The position numbers were made by a program, and so were the translations under genes. Below the pieces are notes generated by a model, which was not told the DNA's origin, ran no database searches, and saw only the letters and a program-made list of their open reading frames with translations. Of a stretch of DNA of 64,000 nt, positions 1 to 11,100 are shown piece by piece; positions within the stretch are counted from its first letter, which is position 1, and the number at the start of each line of letters is the position of its first letter. The stretch comes from Mytilus edulis (Eukaryota). The stretch lies in NCBI RefSeq assembly GCF_963676685.1, contig NC_092350.1:28458001-28522000 (forward strand). The letters run 5' to 3'.

Positions 1-139
1 CCGTTTGAAGGAACTGAATTAGATTGAAATTAGTTTCTTCTAGTTGTCTCCCATAGACCGTTAGTTGTTTTCCCGCGCTTCATGGGATATAGCCATTCAG
101 CACGACAGGGCCGACTCGACTAGACGTGTTTCTCAGTTA
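1..139 (+). repeat. Split direct repeat A1
   Basis: Near-identical (1 mismatch seen) to 4366-4504. Confidence 0.95.
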
Positions 140-147
140 TAGTAAAT

Positions 148-811
148 ATGGATTCCGATACACCTCATGAAGAAATATCTTTGCGGACAGTTTTAGACGC
201 AGTTAATCGTCAAAAGCAGGATATCGAAGTTCTTGTTGACACTAAGATAAGTGAAAAGTTAAATAGTTTGCGCGACGAAATCCATGGCACAAACCAGAGC
301 ATGAAGGATCAAGTTAAGAAGCTGAAGTCGGACTCCCAGTACAAATGGCGTTCGGAAGGTAACAAAATTCAGTTCAATTACAATACAGAAAACCTTGAAG
401 ATTTAACACAAGCTATTTGGGCTATTGACAATGGCAAAGTTGATTATGCTAGAGACATTGTTGCATCCTGTACAGATAGGCTTAAACATAGAAATAAGCT
501 AATAAAGATCGCGGATACTTCTGATGGAGGGTGGGATACAGCTCGCCAGTACGAGGCAAACCCAATTGCTAGCGATTCTGAAGATGAGTCCAAGATTATC
601 AGGGCTGAAAACAGGGCCATTAGGAAGAAACTCTCAACAGCACTTTCGAGGGGGCCAGCCGTCTTGGTATGGAGGTTTCCCGTATGCCCAGGACCAGTAC
701 GCTGGAAAATCTCAACGGGGACCATGCTTCAACTGTGGGTCGTACAAACACTGGAGAGTTAACTGCTCCTTCCAAAACAACAAGACAGCAGCACCAAACA
801 AAAGAAACTAG
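148..811 (+). pseudogene. gag-like ORF, frame break/deletion near 630
   Basis: DIRS-type gag segment (RNKLIKIADTSDGGWDTARQYEANPIASDSEDE) in frame 148; zinc knuckle CFNCGSYKHWRVNC in the 524..811 frame. Confidence 0.85.
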
Positions 812-2834
812 CTTTGTAAAAGATGAGTATAATTTTGACATTAGTTCTTTAGATAATGAGTCTGCTCAAAATTTTACACATGATTATTACGAATATGAGC
901 AAGATGGTACTGAAATTATTGTTAAGGGTAGGCTGAAGGAAAATATACAATTTTGGATAGATATTGGTGCTTATGACTATATAATTGATACTATAAGAGA
1001 TGGTTATAAGATACCATTTTATTCCATTCCTCCGTCTACGTATTTATTCAACAATTTATCAGCTTTGAAAAATTCCGATTTTGTACATACAGCTATTCAA
1101 GATTTATTACATAGAGGGTTAATAGTTCAGTGTGACCAGCGACCTTTTGTTGTTAATCCTCTTACTGTATCAGTTCAGTCTAATTTAAAGAAAAGATTGA
1201 TACTTGATTTGAGAGCGGTAAATAAACATTTATGGAAATAGAGCGTTAAATTTGAGGACATGAGGACTGCTCAACAGCATATTAAATTGAATTATTCCAT
1301 GTTTAAGTACGACGTTCATTCAGCTTATCACCATATTGACATTTTTGAACCACACACAGAGTACTTAGGGTTTTCATGGATCATTAATGGCTGTCCTACA
1401 TTTTTCAAATTTCTTGTTTTACCATTTGGCTTAAGTACAGCTTGTTTTATTTTTACTAAACTGACTAGGCCACTTGTAAAGAAATGGCGATCTGAAGGTA
1501 AGCAAGTTATAATGTATCTTGATGATGGTTTGGGTATAGAACAAGATCAAGAAATGTGCAAGATTGTGTCAGAACAAGTTAAGCTAGATTTAGTTAAAAG
1601 TGGCTTTGTACCTAAAGCAGAAAAGTCATTGTGGGAACCTACTAAACGTTTGGTTTGGTTAGGTACATATATTGATACAGAATATGGTTTTTACAAAATA
1701 CCAGATAACAGAATAACTAAGATGATAGATTCTATTGATGACATTATATCTTGTTTGACTGGGCGTAAAAGCGTGTTTGTGAAAAAAGTTGCAACTGTTG
1801 TAGGTCAGATAATATCTACATACTTAGTTATAGGGAATTTAGTTTATTTAATGACTAAACATTTAACTATAGACGTGAACACATCTGCGTCTTGGTATTC
1901 TTATATTAAACTTTAAGAATCTAGTATTCAACAGTTACAATTCTGGAAGCTGTATATAAGTGAAGTTAATGTAAAACATTTCAGTGTTGATGAATCATGT
2001 CATAGTATTATCTACAGTGACGCTAGTGATACATGTACAGGTTTTGGTGGTTATATTGTAGAAGCACCACAAAACATTGCACATGGTATGTTGGTTGAAT
2101 CAGAACGTAGTAATAGTTCAACTTGGAAGGAACTTTCTGCGGTAAAGAAAGTTTTGCTGTCCTTAATTAACATTATATCCGGAAAAAAGGTTAAATGGTT
2201 TACAGATAACCAAAATGTTGTGAGCATTGTAAGCAAAGGAAGTACTAAAACTATTTTACAGAATTTAGCGTTGGACATATTTAGCGCATGTTTGAAGTAC
2301 AATGTCAACATTGATATAGTTTGGATACCTAGGACACTAAACGAAAAAGCTGATTTTCTGAGTCGTATCGTTGATCATGATGATTGGGGAATATCATATT
2401 ACATTTTTCAATTGATAGAATCTTTATGGGGCCTGCATGGAGTAGATTGGTTTGCTTCTGATCACAATTTCAAGTTACTGGTATTTTATTCAAGATTTTG
2501 GAATGAAAATTCTTCTGGTATTGATGCGTTCACAGTAGATTGGTATGGGGTTAACGGTCTTTTTGTACCACCTGTATTTCTTATACCACGTGTTATTTAT
2601 TACATGAGACAATGCAACGCTGTAGGTACATTGATTGTTCCTTGCTGGCCATCCGCAAGTTATTGGCCTATGTTATGCCCAAATGGGGGCGATTTCACAG
2701 ATCAAGTTATTGCATATGTAGAATTACCAAGCGGTAAGGAGTTTTATACTCCTGGTAAAAGCAAGAAGGCCATTTTTTGTAATACTGATCTTACTTTAAA
2801 GATGTTAGCTCTGAGGCTAGATTTCAGAGTATAA
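669..2834 (+). pseudogene. pol: reverse transcriptase, RNase H and DIRS-type adenine methyltransferase-like domain; two premature stops (1239-1241, 1914-1916)
   Basis: RLILDLR, LPFGLS, YLDDG (RT); YSDASD..GFGG, STWKEL, FTDNQ, NEKADFLSR (RNase H); VDWFAS..N..FYSR..DAF..W..FVPP..IVPCW (MT-like). All in one frame across the stops. Confidence 0.9.
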
Positions 2835-3168
2835 TACTGATATGTATGAAGGTTGTAAACCTATTTTGTTTATGAAGCTGTTAATGCTTATCTGGATTAT
2901 ACAGATGATATGTTAAAGGCTGTATTAGTGCCTTGTTTGTGTACTAACGTTACAATGCATATCTGAATTGGTTTCAGATTTTGGCATTAAGGCTTTAAAT
3001 GGCCTTGTTGAGAACTAATATACTAACAAATACAAATGCTTATGATCAGCATTAAGACTATTGTATATAGTCTTGTGAGATGTACTAACAAGTATTTTTC
3101 TGTTGATAGTTTCTTACATTTAAGATTCTGTTATTGTTTAATTATTGTTTATACATGTATTTTTGCAG

Positions 3169-4163
3169 GCCTATGAATCTGAGATTAATTTTTTGCCACC
3201 AGCTCTGCATACCAATGTTGATGTTCTTATGGATTTACTTTGCGAATCTAAAGCTGACAGTACCGTTAAAACTTATCATGCAGGATTTATCCGTTGGAAA
3301 AGTGGGCTGTTCATAACGGTATAAGTCGTTGTGATATTTTACCGGCAAAATCTTTGCACGTTGCACTATATTTATCTTCATTAGTTCAGAACAGTCACAC
3401 TGCTAGTCCGGTTATTTCAGCATTTTATAGTATACAATGGGCACATCATATGATTGGTCATACGTCTCCTACCGAAAATTTAGTTGTGAAAAATGTTTTA
3501 GAAGGTGCAAAACGCCGATTAGCTACTCGAATTGAGAAAAAGGAACCAGTTACTCCTGAGCTTCTATCTAAAATGTATAGTTCGTCATTTAAGGAATATA
3601 ATGTTATGTCACAGCGTTTTATATGTGCGTGTTTACTAGCTTACTCAGGTTTTTTGAGAGTGTCCGAGCTATTAAATATACGGAGATGTGATATCATTTT
3701 TGAATTAGGTTATATATCTATATTTATTCCGAAAAGTAAAACTGATATCTATCGTGATGGCAATTCTGTAGTTATAGCCGGTATGGATTCAGATATGTGT
3801 CCAGTTAAGAATTTAAAGTTATATTTGTTGTGGGCTGACATTTCGCCGGAATCAGAAGAATTTATTTTTAGAAATTTAACAAAATTCAAGGATAGATATG
3901 TTCTTCGGAAGGAAAATAAACCACTGTCTTATACACGTATGAGAGAATTATTTATTGAAGCTTTTCAACCATTTGTGTCAGATATTAAGAAATATGGATT
4001 GCACAGTTTACGTTCTGGCGGAGCTACAACTTGCGCTAATTTAGGTATTTCCGATCGATTGTTCAAAAGACATGGCAGATGGCGTTCAGAGACGGCCAAG
4101 GACGGTTATATTAAAGATTCTTTAAAAGACAGATTAATTGTTTCTGAAAATTTAGGTTTATAA
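3169..4163 (+). pseudogene. Tyrosine recombinase, 1-nt frameshift near 3300, preceded by a splice acceptor
   Basis: FLRVSEL, KSKTD, HSLRSGGAT, HGRWRS..Y catalytic motifs. An upstream frame (AYESEINF...STVKTYHAGFIRWK) begins right after ttttgcag at 3161-3168. Confidence 0.9.
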
Positions 4164-4242
4164 CCTGGTATTGACTTTTTATTTTCAAAGTGAATTAAGT
4201 TCTATAAGCAAGATAAAAAATTTATTTCCCGTTCTTTGTTTT

Positions 4243-4353
4243 TCAGCACATGGCACTGTCGTGTGGGTATTCAATTTGAACTTTAGTTTGGTTTTTTATT
4301 AGTATTATGTGCTTAGAGTTGGGTAGTCTATGGGCGTAGTTATTGTGGAAGAA
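4243..4353 (+). repeat. Split direct repeat B1
   Basis: 111 bp, 1 mismatch to 4629-4739. Confidence 0.95.
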
Positions 4354-4365
4354 ATGTAATTTCAA

Positions 4366-4504
4366 CCGTTTGAAGGAACTGAATTAGATTGAAATTAATT
4401 TCTTCTAGTTGTCTCCCATAGACCGTTAGTTGTTTTCCCGCGCTTCATGGGATATAGCCATTCAGCACGACAGGGCCGACTCGACTAGACGTGTTTCTCA
4501 GTTA
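4366..4504 (+). repeat. Split direct repeat A2 (probably starts ~4354)
   Basis: Copy of 1-139, directly following B1. Confidence 0.95.
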
Positions 4505-4628
4505 AATTGTTTATCTTGCTCATGAATTTATTTGATGTTATATGAATGTTTTGATTTCAGTAGTAATTATGAATTACTTGACTATATTTTGTCGACATGA
4601 TATTATGTATCATAATGTGCAATTAAAA

Positions 4629-4739
4629 TCAGCACATGGCACTGTCGTGTGGGTATTCAATTTGAACTTTAGTTTGGTTTTTTATTAGTATTATGTGCTT
4701 AGAGTTGAGTAGTCTATGGGCGTAGTTATTGTGGAAGAA
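4629..4739 (+). repeat. Split direct repeat B2 (element 3' end)
   Basis: Copy of 4243-4353. Confidence 0.95.
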
Positions 4740-4886
4740 GTCGTGTAAGTGATTATCTTTAAAAACACTATCAAATATTTTTCATTATTATATCAGTCTA
4801 TCAATATGTGATTTGATATGAATACCATGTTAGTGTAAAATGTTTATTTTAAATCAACTAATTAAGGGAAAATTTGTGATTTTCAG

Positions 4887-5006
4887 GTTGAAATCAAGCC
4901 TGCAGAGAAAGAGCCAGACCAAACAATGCCTAGATCAACCTCAACAACAGATGTGTCTGAATTAAAACAAAGATTTGAACGAATTAAAAAATTAGCCGAA
5001 AGTTGA
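4887..5006 (+). CDS. CKAP5: Terminal coding exon of a host gene, probably CKAP5/ch-TOG/XMAP215
   Basis: Acceptor tgattttcag, then VEIKPAEKEPDQTMPRSTSTTDVSELKQRFERIKKLAES*. This resembles the CKAP5 C-terminal 'DDLKKRLERIK' motif and is followed by a long AT-rich 3'UTR-like stretch. Confidence 0.6.
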   Translation, partial: VEIKPAEKEPDQTMPRSTSTTDVSELKQRFERIKKLAES

Positions 5007-8000
5007 ACAGTTATGATAAGATTTATAATTACATTGCCATATTCATGCTGTTAAGATCAAATTAACATACATCTTGGTGTCTGTAGCCTAAGTCTATTTA
5101 TCATGACATCTAAACATTTGATGTTTTCTTAAAGCTACAGTGTTCCTGCAATCGTGAAAGTATTGACAAGTGTAATAATTCAGCTGAGTGCTTTGTCTGT
5201 GCATTGTGTGTGTTTGTGCTAATTTCAGACTGGTGTGCTGTAAAGTGTTTCTGAAATCTAGACATTATTTTATATGTGAATGAAAGGTATATGATGTGTG
5301 TGTGTGTTATGTAAACCTTCAAACACTCAGTTCAAACACAATCATGGAGTTGGTAGATTTCAATGCAGAATTGGTATTTTCTTTCAACACCCAGAAACCA
5401 ACAGCAGTGGATGTTTATTAGATGAGCTTGAAAAACTGAAGTCTTTAAATATTTGTTTTGTACACAATTTTGATTTTTTCCATATGTTTAGGATCAACAT
5501 TAAAGTACAAACTACTTGATTGCATCTATAATTTATAGATGCCATATTGTTGCAGTATTACACACATTTTTGCTAAATTAATGTATTTTTGAACATGTCT
5601 ATATGTTTAAAAGTTTGATGTATGATTGCTGATGGATTCATCATTGCTTCTGGTACATCACATTGCCTTTATTCTCATTTTTGTGAGGGAAGTAGATTAT
5701 TCAGCAATAGAATTTCCATTTGTTTACGAGAAAAAACTGCCAAATAGAGAATAGAGAATAGCATCAATGTAATATTCATTTCCTTGTTATATCAAGCAAT
5801 GTGTTAATCCTTGTTCATTATTCCCATTGCCAACAATTAGCATCAACAAACTTAAACATTCTAGAGGCACTAAACTAATATTCATTTGTACACACATTGT
5901 TAATGATTCAATAAGATTTGAGATAGAACCAAAACCAAAGATAACTTCTTATGATGATAAACCAGTGGCTAGCAAATTTTTGTAATTGGTCTTCAAGGTA
6001 TTCTTATATATTTTATATTCATATTTTCTACTGAGTGCAACATTAATATTTAGTTGAAAAAGGAAAAATATCTTTGTTTTATGTTTATTCTTATGATACT
6101 CCATTAGATTTTGTGCTAAATTCAGCTAAGACTTCAGCTCTTTCTATTTCATTTTAGTATGTCTGTTGAATTTTTTAACATGATATATATCATTCTACTA
6201 TCTTTAGACCTTCAGTGTTATGTACTTTTGGCTATCTAAATGTAGTTTGATCATTAAGGAAATGTGCAATACTAATTTCTGTCTCTTGTAATTCACAGTA
6301 AAACTTCTGGCATTATCCATGAGTCATGCAAATTTCAATTTATAGCTCAGTAGCATTGTTTCGTAATTGTATCCCTTATATCCTCAATATGCATGAAATA
6401 TTCAACATTGACTATTAAATATATAAAAATCATTCATAAGGAATACATGGTTTATATAAGTATATATTTTCCTTAGTTTTTAAGTTTAATGAAAAAGGAA
6501 ATTTCAAATAGATTTTTTTAAGTTAACAATTTGTAATTTGAATTATGGTTTTAAAAAATTATGATTAAAAGTTTCAGAGCCACATTTTGTGCAAAACTGC
6601 GCTGTTTTGTAAGGATCATACATGGAAAAGGCACTTTTATGTTAAAAGGGAAAAACTTCAGCAGTAAGCATTTAAAATATGCCAGAAATTAAAAATAAAA
6701 TAAAAAATGCTGTCACATAGAAAATAAATAATTGACTGTACATTTCTTCATAAATATAAGTTTGATAAGTAAAACAAAAATCTGTATTTGTAAATAAAAT
6801 TTACAAGATAAAATCTTGTAATATTATTTTTTTTAAAGAAAGTCATTTGAGATTTAGAATAAAAAAGACATGATTATTTTTAGCTTAAATTCAAAAGTGT
6901 TATAATTTTGTGTGTTATTGTTCTTCAGTTTTCTCCTCTTGCAATTTTGGCATTTTCGTTTTGGCATTTGATTTATAGATTTCTCAATGCATTTGTGTTG
7001 TAAGGTGTTTCAAGAGGATTTATTCACTTTTTTTTTATAAAACTTTACAACCTTTTCATAACAAAACAATTTGTAGAATGTTAGATATAACTTTTATGAA
7101 GTAAAATGTGAATATTACTGCATCAATATTTTTTGGCTAATGGTTCCATCTTGTTTTATTGTTTATGTACAATGCATGTGCTGAATAAGAAAAGTTGAAA
7201 AATGGGTATTACTGGTGAGTTTTTAAATGATAAGCTCTGTGTATGATGGAAAAAGTAAATTCTATATTTACACGTATGTTTTGAATTTGTTTTTTCTTTC
7301 GTATGCTTATTTATTCTTTTAAGAAAGCAAAATTCTTAAGTGTGAACATATTGTAATTATAACACAAGGACTACGTCTTTAATTTTATATTGTTGTTTTG
7401 TATTATACTAAGAGTTGATGTATAAAACTTTAAAATTTGATAGAATTAACCCCAAAAAATTATTATTTCTCTTCTTTCTAATTTTACTTGAACAATCTTT
7501 CCTTTCTTTCCTGTCATAGATAGTGCACGGTATAAGAATATATTATTTTAATTGATAACACAGGTAGTACGAATCTCCTCTCCGTATTGGAGATCACTTA
7601 TACTAAAATGTCACTTGTTTTTTTGTTTTGTTTGTTTGCCTTAATTGTATTTAAGTGCTATGATCAAACTGTACAGTTTTCGTTTATTATTTTAATTTAA
7701 TGAAATAATGTTCAAATAAATTCTTCAAGATGAAGAACCTGCAAATTGTGTGATATTAAAATTACTAAGTTCTTTTGAATTTTTTGTTTGTGTATTTAGC
7801 CCTGTGAAGAGATTAAAATGGGCATTTATTTTTATACTTGCTCTTCAGTTAAATGCTATACTGAAGTCCGTTTCTTAAAAAAAACCAAACATATTATAGT
7901 TTAGTATTATAATTTTAGATTTATTTCACAATTATACACACACATTATACATAATTCATCAATTACTTTGTCCCTATAGACCCCACAAGGTTGACTAGAG

Positions 8001-8192
8001 TATACAAATATTGTAAATAAGGCTTTTCTCCGGTATAGCTGCTAAAGATGACCATCTCTGTGGAATAAGAAAATATGCAGCCATGTCTCCAATGTCTAAA
8101 ATAGGGAGAGTGGCACGCTATTTGAATTGAATGTCAATTAACCTTTGCAACAACTCTTTGAAGTGGTCTGTAGATGGTCTGTTGCAAGGTAA

Positions 8193-11100
8193 TTAACGCA
8201 AAAGAAAAGTCTGTAACAAAGTAGTTTTGAGAAAGAACAATGAACCTATACAAATGAACAGCAATAGGTAGGTAGAAATCAATACAGCATCAAACAGTAC
8301 ACAAATACACATAAGTAATACCAAAAAGGAACCCATCGCAAAATTAAAAATAGCAAAACATATGCTATCAATGATATTAGGACACGTAGCTAGAAAGATT
8401 ATACATGATGCAAAAGACAGGCTTATAACAGTTGGGACATATGATGCCACTGATGAAAACGTTGACGTTATATAAGTATTGCTTTCACTCAAGAACCTTA
8501 AGTGTCGCACTACCACTTCTTCTAGGTAATCAGGTTTTTCCGAAAACCATTCAGTAAATATACATACACCAAGATATAAGAAGCAAACCGATGTGAAGAT
8601 CAGAAAGATCATTATAGCTAAACGGGCTACACTATTATCTGGAAGAGAAAACAAAAAATTTCAATGTCAATATTTTGTAAATGCAAGCCTTATAAATATT
8701 TTTATGTACATTATTGCTGTTTTTTCTCTCGACTAGTTCGAAGTAGGAATTACAAACTGGTAGCAGCAGCAACGGCTTAAACTATTTGCATAAAGCATTA
8801 CATTTCAGTTTCAGAAAACCCAGATTCTTAATACCTTGTATACATGTGCATTGTGTTACGAAGTTTCCATCTGGCAAATAGCCATTGTCTTTGACCTCAT
8901 TTTTATGTTTCAGCGACTGTTTTTTTGTCGTGTGAATTTTTTACTAACTATGAGAAATAGGATAACTATATACTTTGGTATATGGGAGCCTTGAGTACGT
9001 TTATCATTTACTATAAGTGATATGTGAACGATATTTGGTGGGTGGAATGGTTGTAAAGTGTACAAATCTGTCTGGCAGGATTCATCTAATCTTTTAACTT
9101 ACCTCGTTTAAAAAAAAATAATGGTTTATCGGTTAATGTTAAGTTTTCTTGGTTAGGTCTGTTTCACAAATACCATATGACAATAGGTCAACAATATTTG
9201 ATGTATGGTATGTTTTAAGTCGTACATGTTTGTCCGACATTGCTTATCCAACCTTTACTAGTACCTCAATTTTATAAATTATGGATAATATTAATTTTAT
9301 GTAATACTATGCTATTTCTGTATCCATTCAACAGAAATTCAATCCTAATCAGTACATGAAAAGCAGGCGAGATATTTCAGCGTGTGCACGTTGTTAATGT
9401 TTTATTTGACTTCATAATGGCGTTTTCCTGGTATATACAATTCTTTTTGAAAAAAATTGTTTTCTTGTATACACCATAAAGTTAATATTTTGTTGGATTT
9501 AATAAATTGCTACTATAATGTTATCACAACTAAACACACTTCTGCACCTCATGACATTCCGCTAAAATTTTCTCATGCAATCTGATCTTGTTCATGAAAA
9601 AAAAGCTCTTCGTGCTTTCACAATAAGTTAACATCACCACTTGACTATGTTGTTTAAGGTTTCGATTCTTAATTTTAAAAAAAATTTCACTTTTCTACTA
9701 TTGTTTACATAATGGGAATATAATCCTTTTAAAAAAGGGGACAAAAATACTCGCATAATTAGTTTTAACTTACCTTCAATGAACATAATTGAATCAAGGA
9801 CCTTTTTCTCAATTAAGAAAATCATCCGTCTGAAACCTGAATATTTAGATAAAATATTCATGTATTTAAAAAAAAACATTTTGCGCTGAAACGAAATTAA
9901 AATTGAGTGATTTTGTTTGTCGTCTGTAATAATTGTCTCCCGGCACGCTTGAGTCAGAAGTTCGTAAACCAAATGCACATAACTTTCTTAGAAAATATAC
10001 CAATTTCCATATGCTTAAGTTATTTTATTTTTTATCTTTACTCTATTAAGTCACGTTACATATTTTTTTGCATAAAACCCTCAAGAATCCTGTCTCCTGC
10101 ATTTGAATATGGTATATCACTATTTAAATTTTCTTGTCATCATTACTTCAACAAAAAACTCTATAGAACCAGAAAAATAAACCATGGTATGGTACAAAAG
10201 TGTAAACCGTTATCCAAAAATATATGAGAATTGTACAGGTAATTTAATCAGATTATATATTTCTTCATACCTTTTGCAGGTGGAGAAGATCTATTCCGAA
10301 TGTTGGCTCGTTTAAGTTCCAGATTCAATACACCTGTAACACAAGTATGATGATACGATGTTAGGGTAACGTTATACACATACGCCCAGTGAAACGTTCT
10401 GGGATATGAACTATTTCTTATTCTCGAATACAAAGGTTTCATAGAAATACAATTAAACTTCGCCTTCTTTTCAATAACAATAATTCCCTTTGAAATATTC
10501 ATCTCTTGAACAAAAACCTTAACATTTCAATCACTCTCTCCAGTTTTCGAACAAGTTTATATAATTTGAAATGGACAATCATTTTCATTTTGGAGTTTTC
10601 CCGTGTAATGCGTAAATTCGAGTGTTGCACTCAGTTGTCAAAGATGCTCAATGTTATGACTCGTAGCTCACATTTTACAATATTTAAAATTGAGAATGGA
10701 AATGGGGAATGTGTCAAAGCGACAACAGCCGGACCATAGAGCACACAACATATATTGTTTGCAGAAATCCTGAAAATATCTATTTATACTACACACCTTT
10801 TCAACAAATTTTGTCAATTGGAATATGAAAAAACCCAAGTGATGTTTTTCATAAATATGACGTAAAGCAAATTGCGCGTGCTCAGTATATTAAAACATTA
10901 TTATCTTTCATCTTGTTTGATGTAAGCTGATCCCAATGTCTTGTTGTTTCTAACATGAATTAACACATTCTTGTTACGCCAGGACATTAAAACAATGTTG
11001 AGGCTCTTTTTAGACAAACTACATTTGATAAAAGTGTTGCATGGTCAATAAAGGCAACAGTAGTATACCGCTTTTCGAAAGTCATAAATCGATTGAGAAA

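Larger units (their letters stand above)
1..4739 (+). mobile_element. Tyrosine-recombinase (DIRS-order) retrotransposon with split direct repeats, PAT-like; 5' end slightly truncated by the window edge
   Basis: Gag (CCHC), RT/RNase H/methyltransferase-like and YR ORFs in order. Terminal layout A1...B1-A2-B2 is read directly from the sequence. Confidence 0.92.

Noticed and set aside
9634-10227. 114-aa and 106-aa ORFs in the RING gene intron
   Set aside because: Low-complexity AT-rich translations without motifs or splice support.
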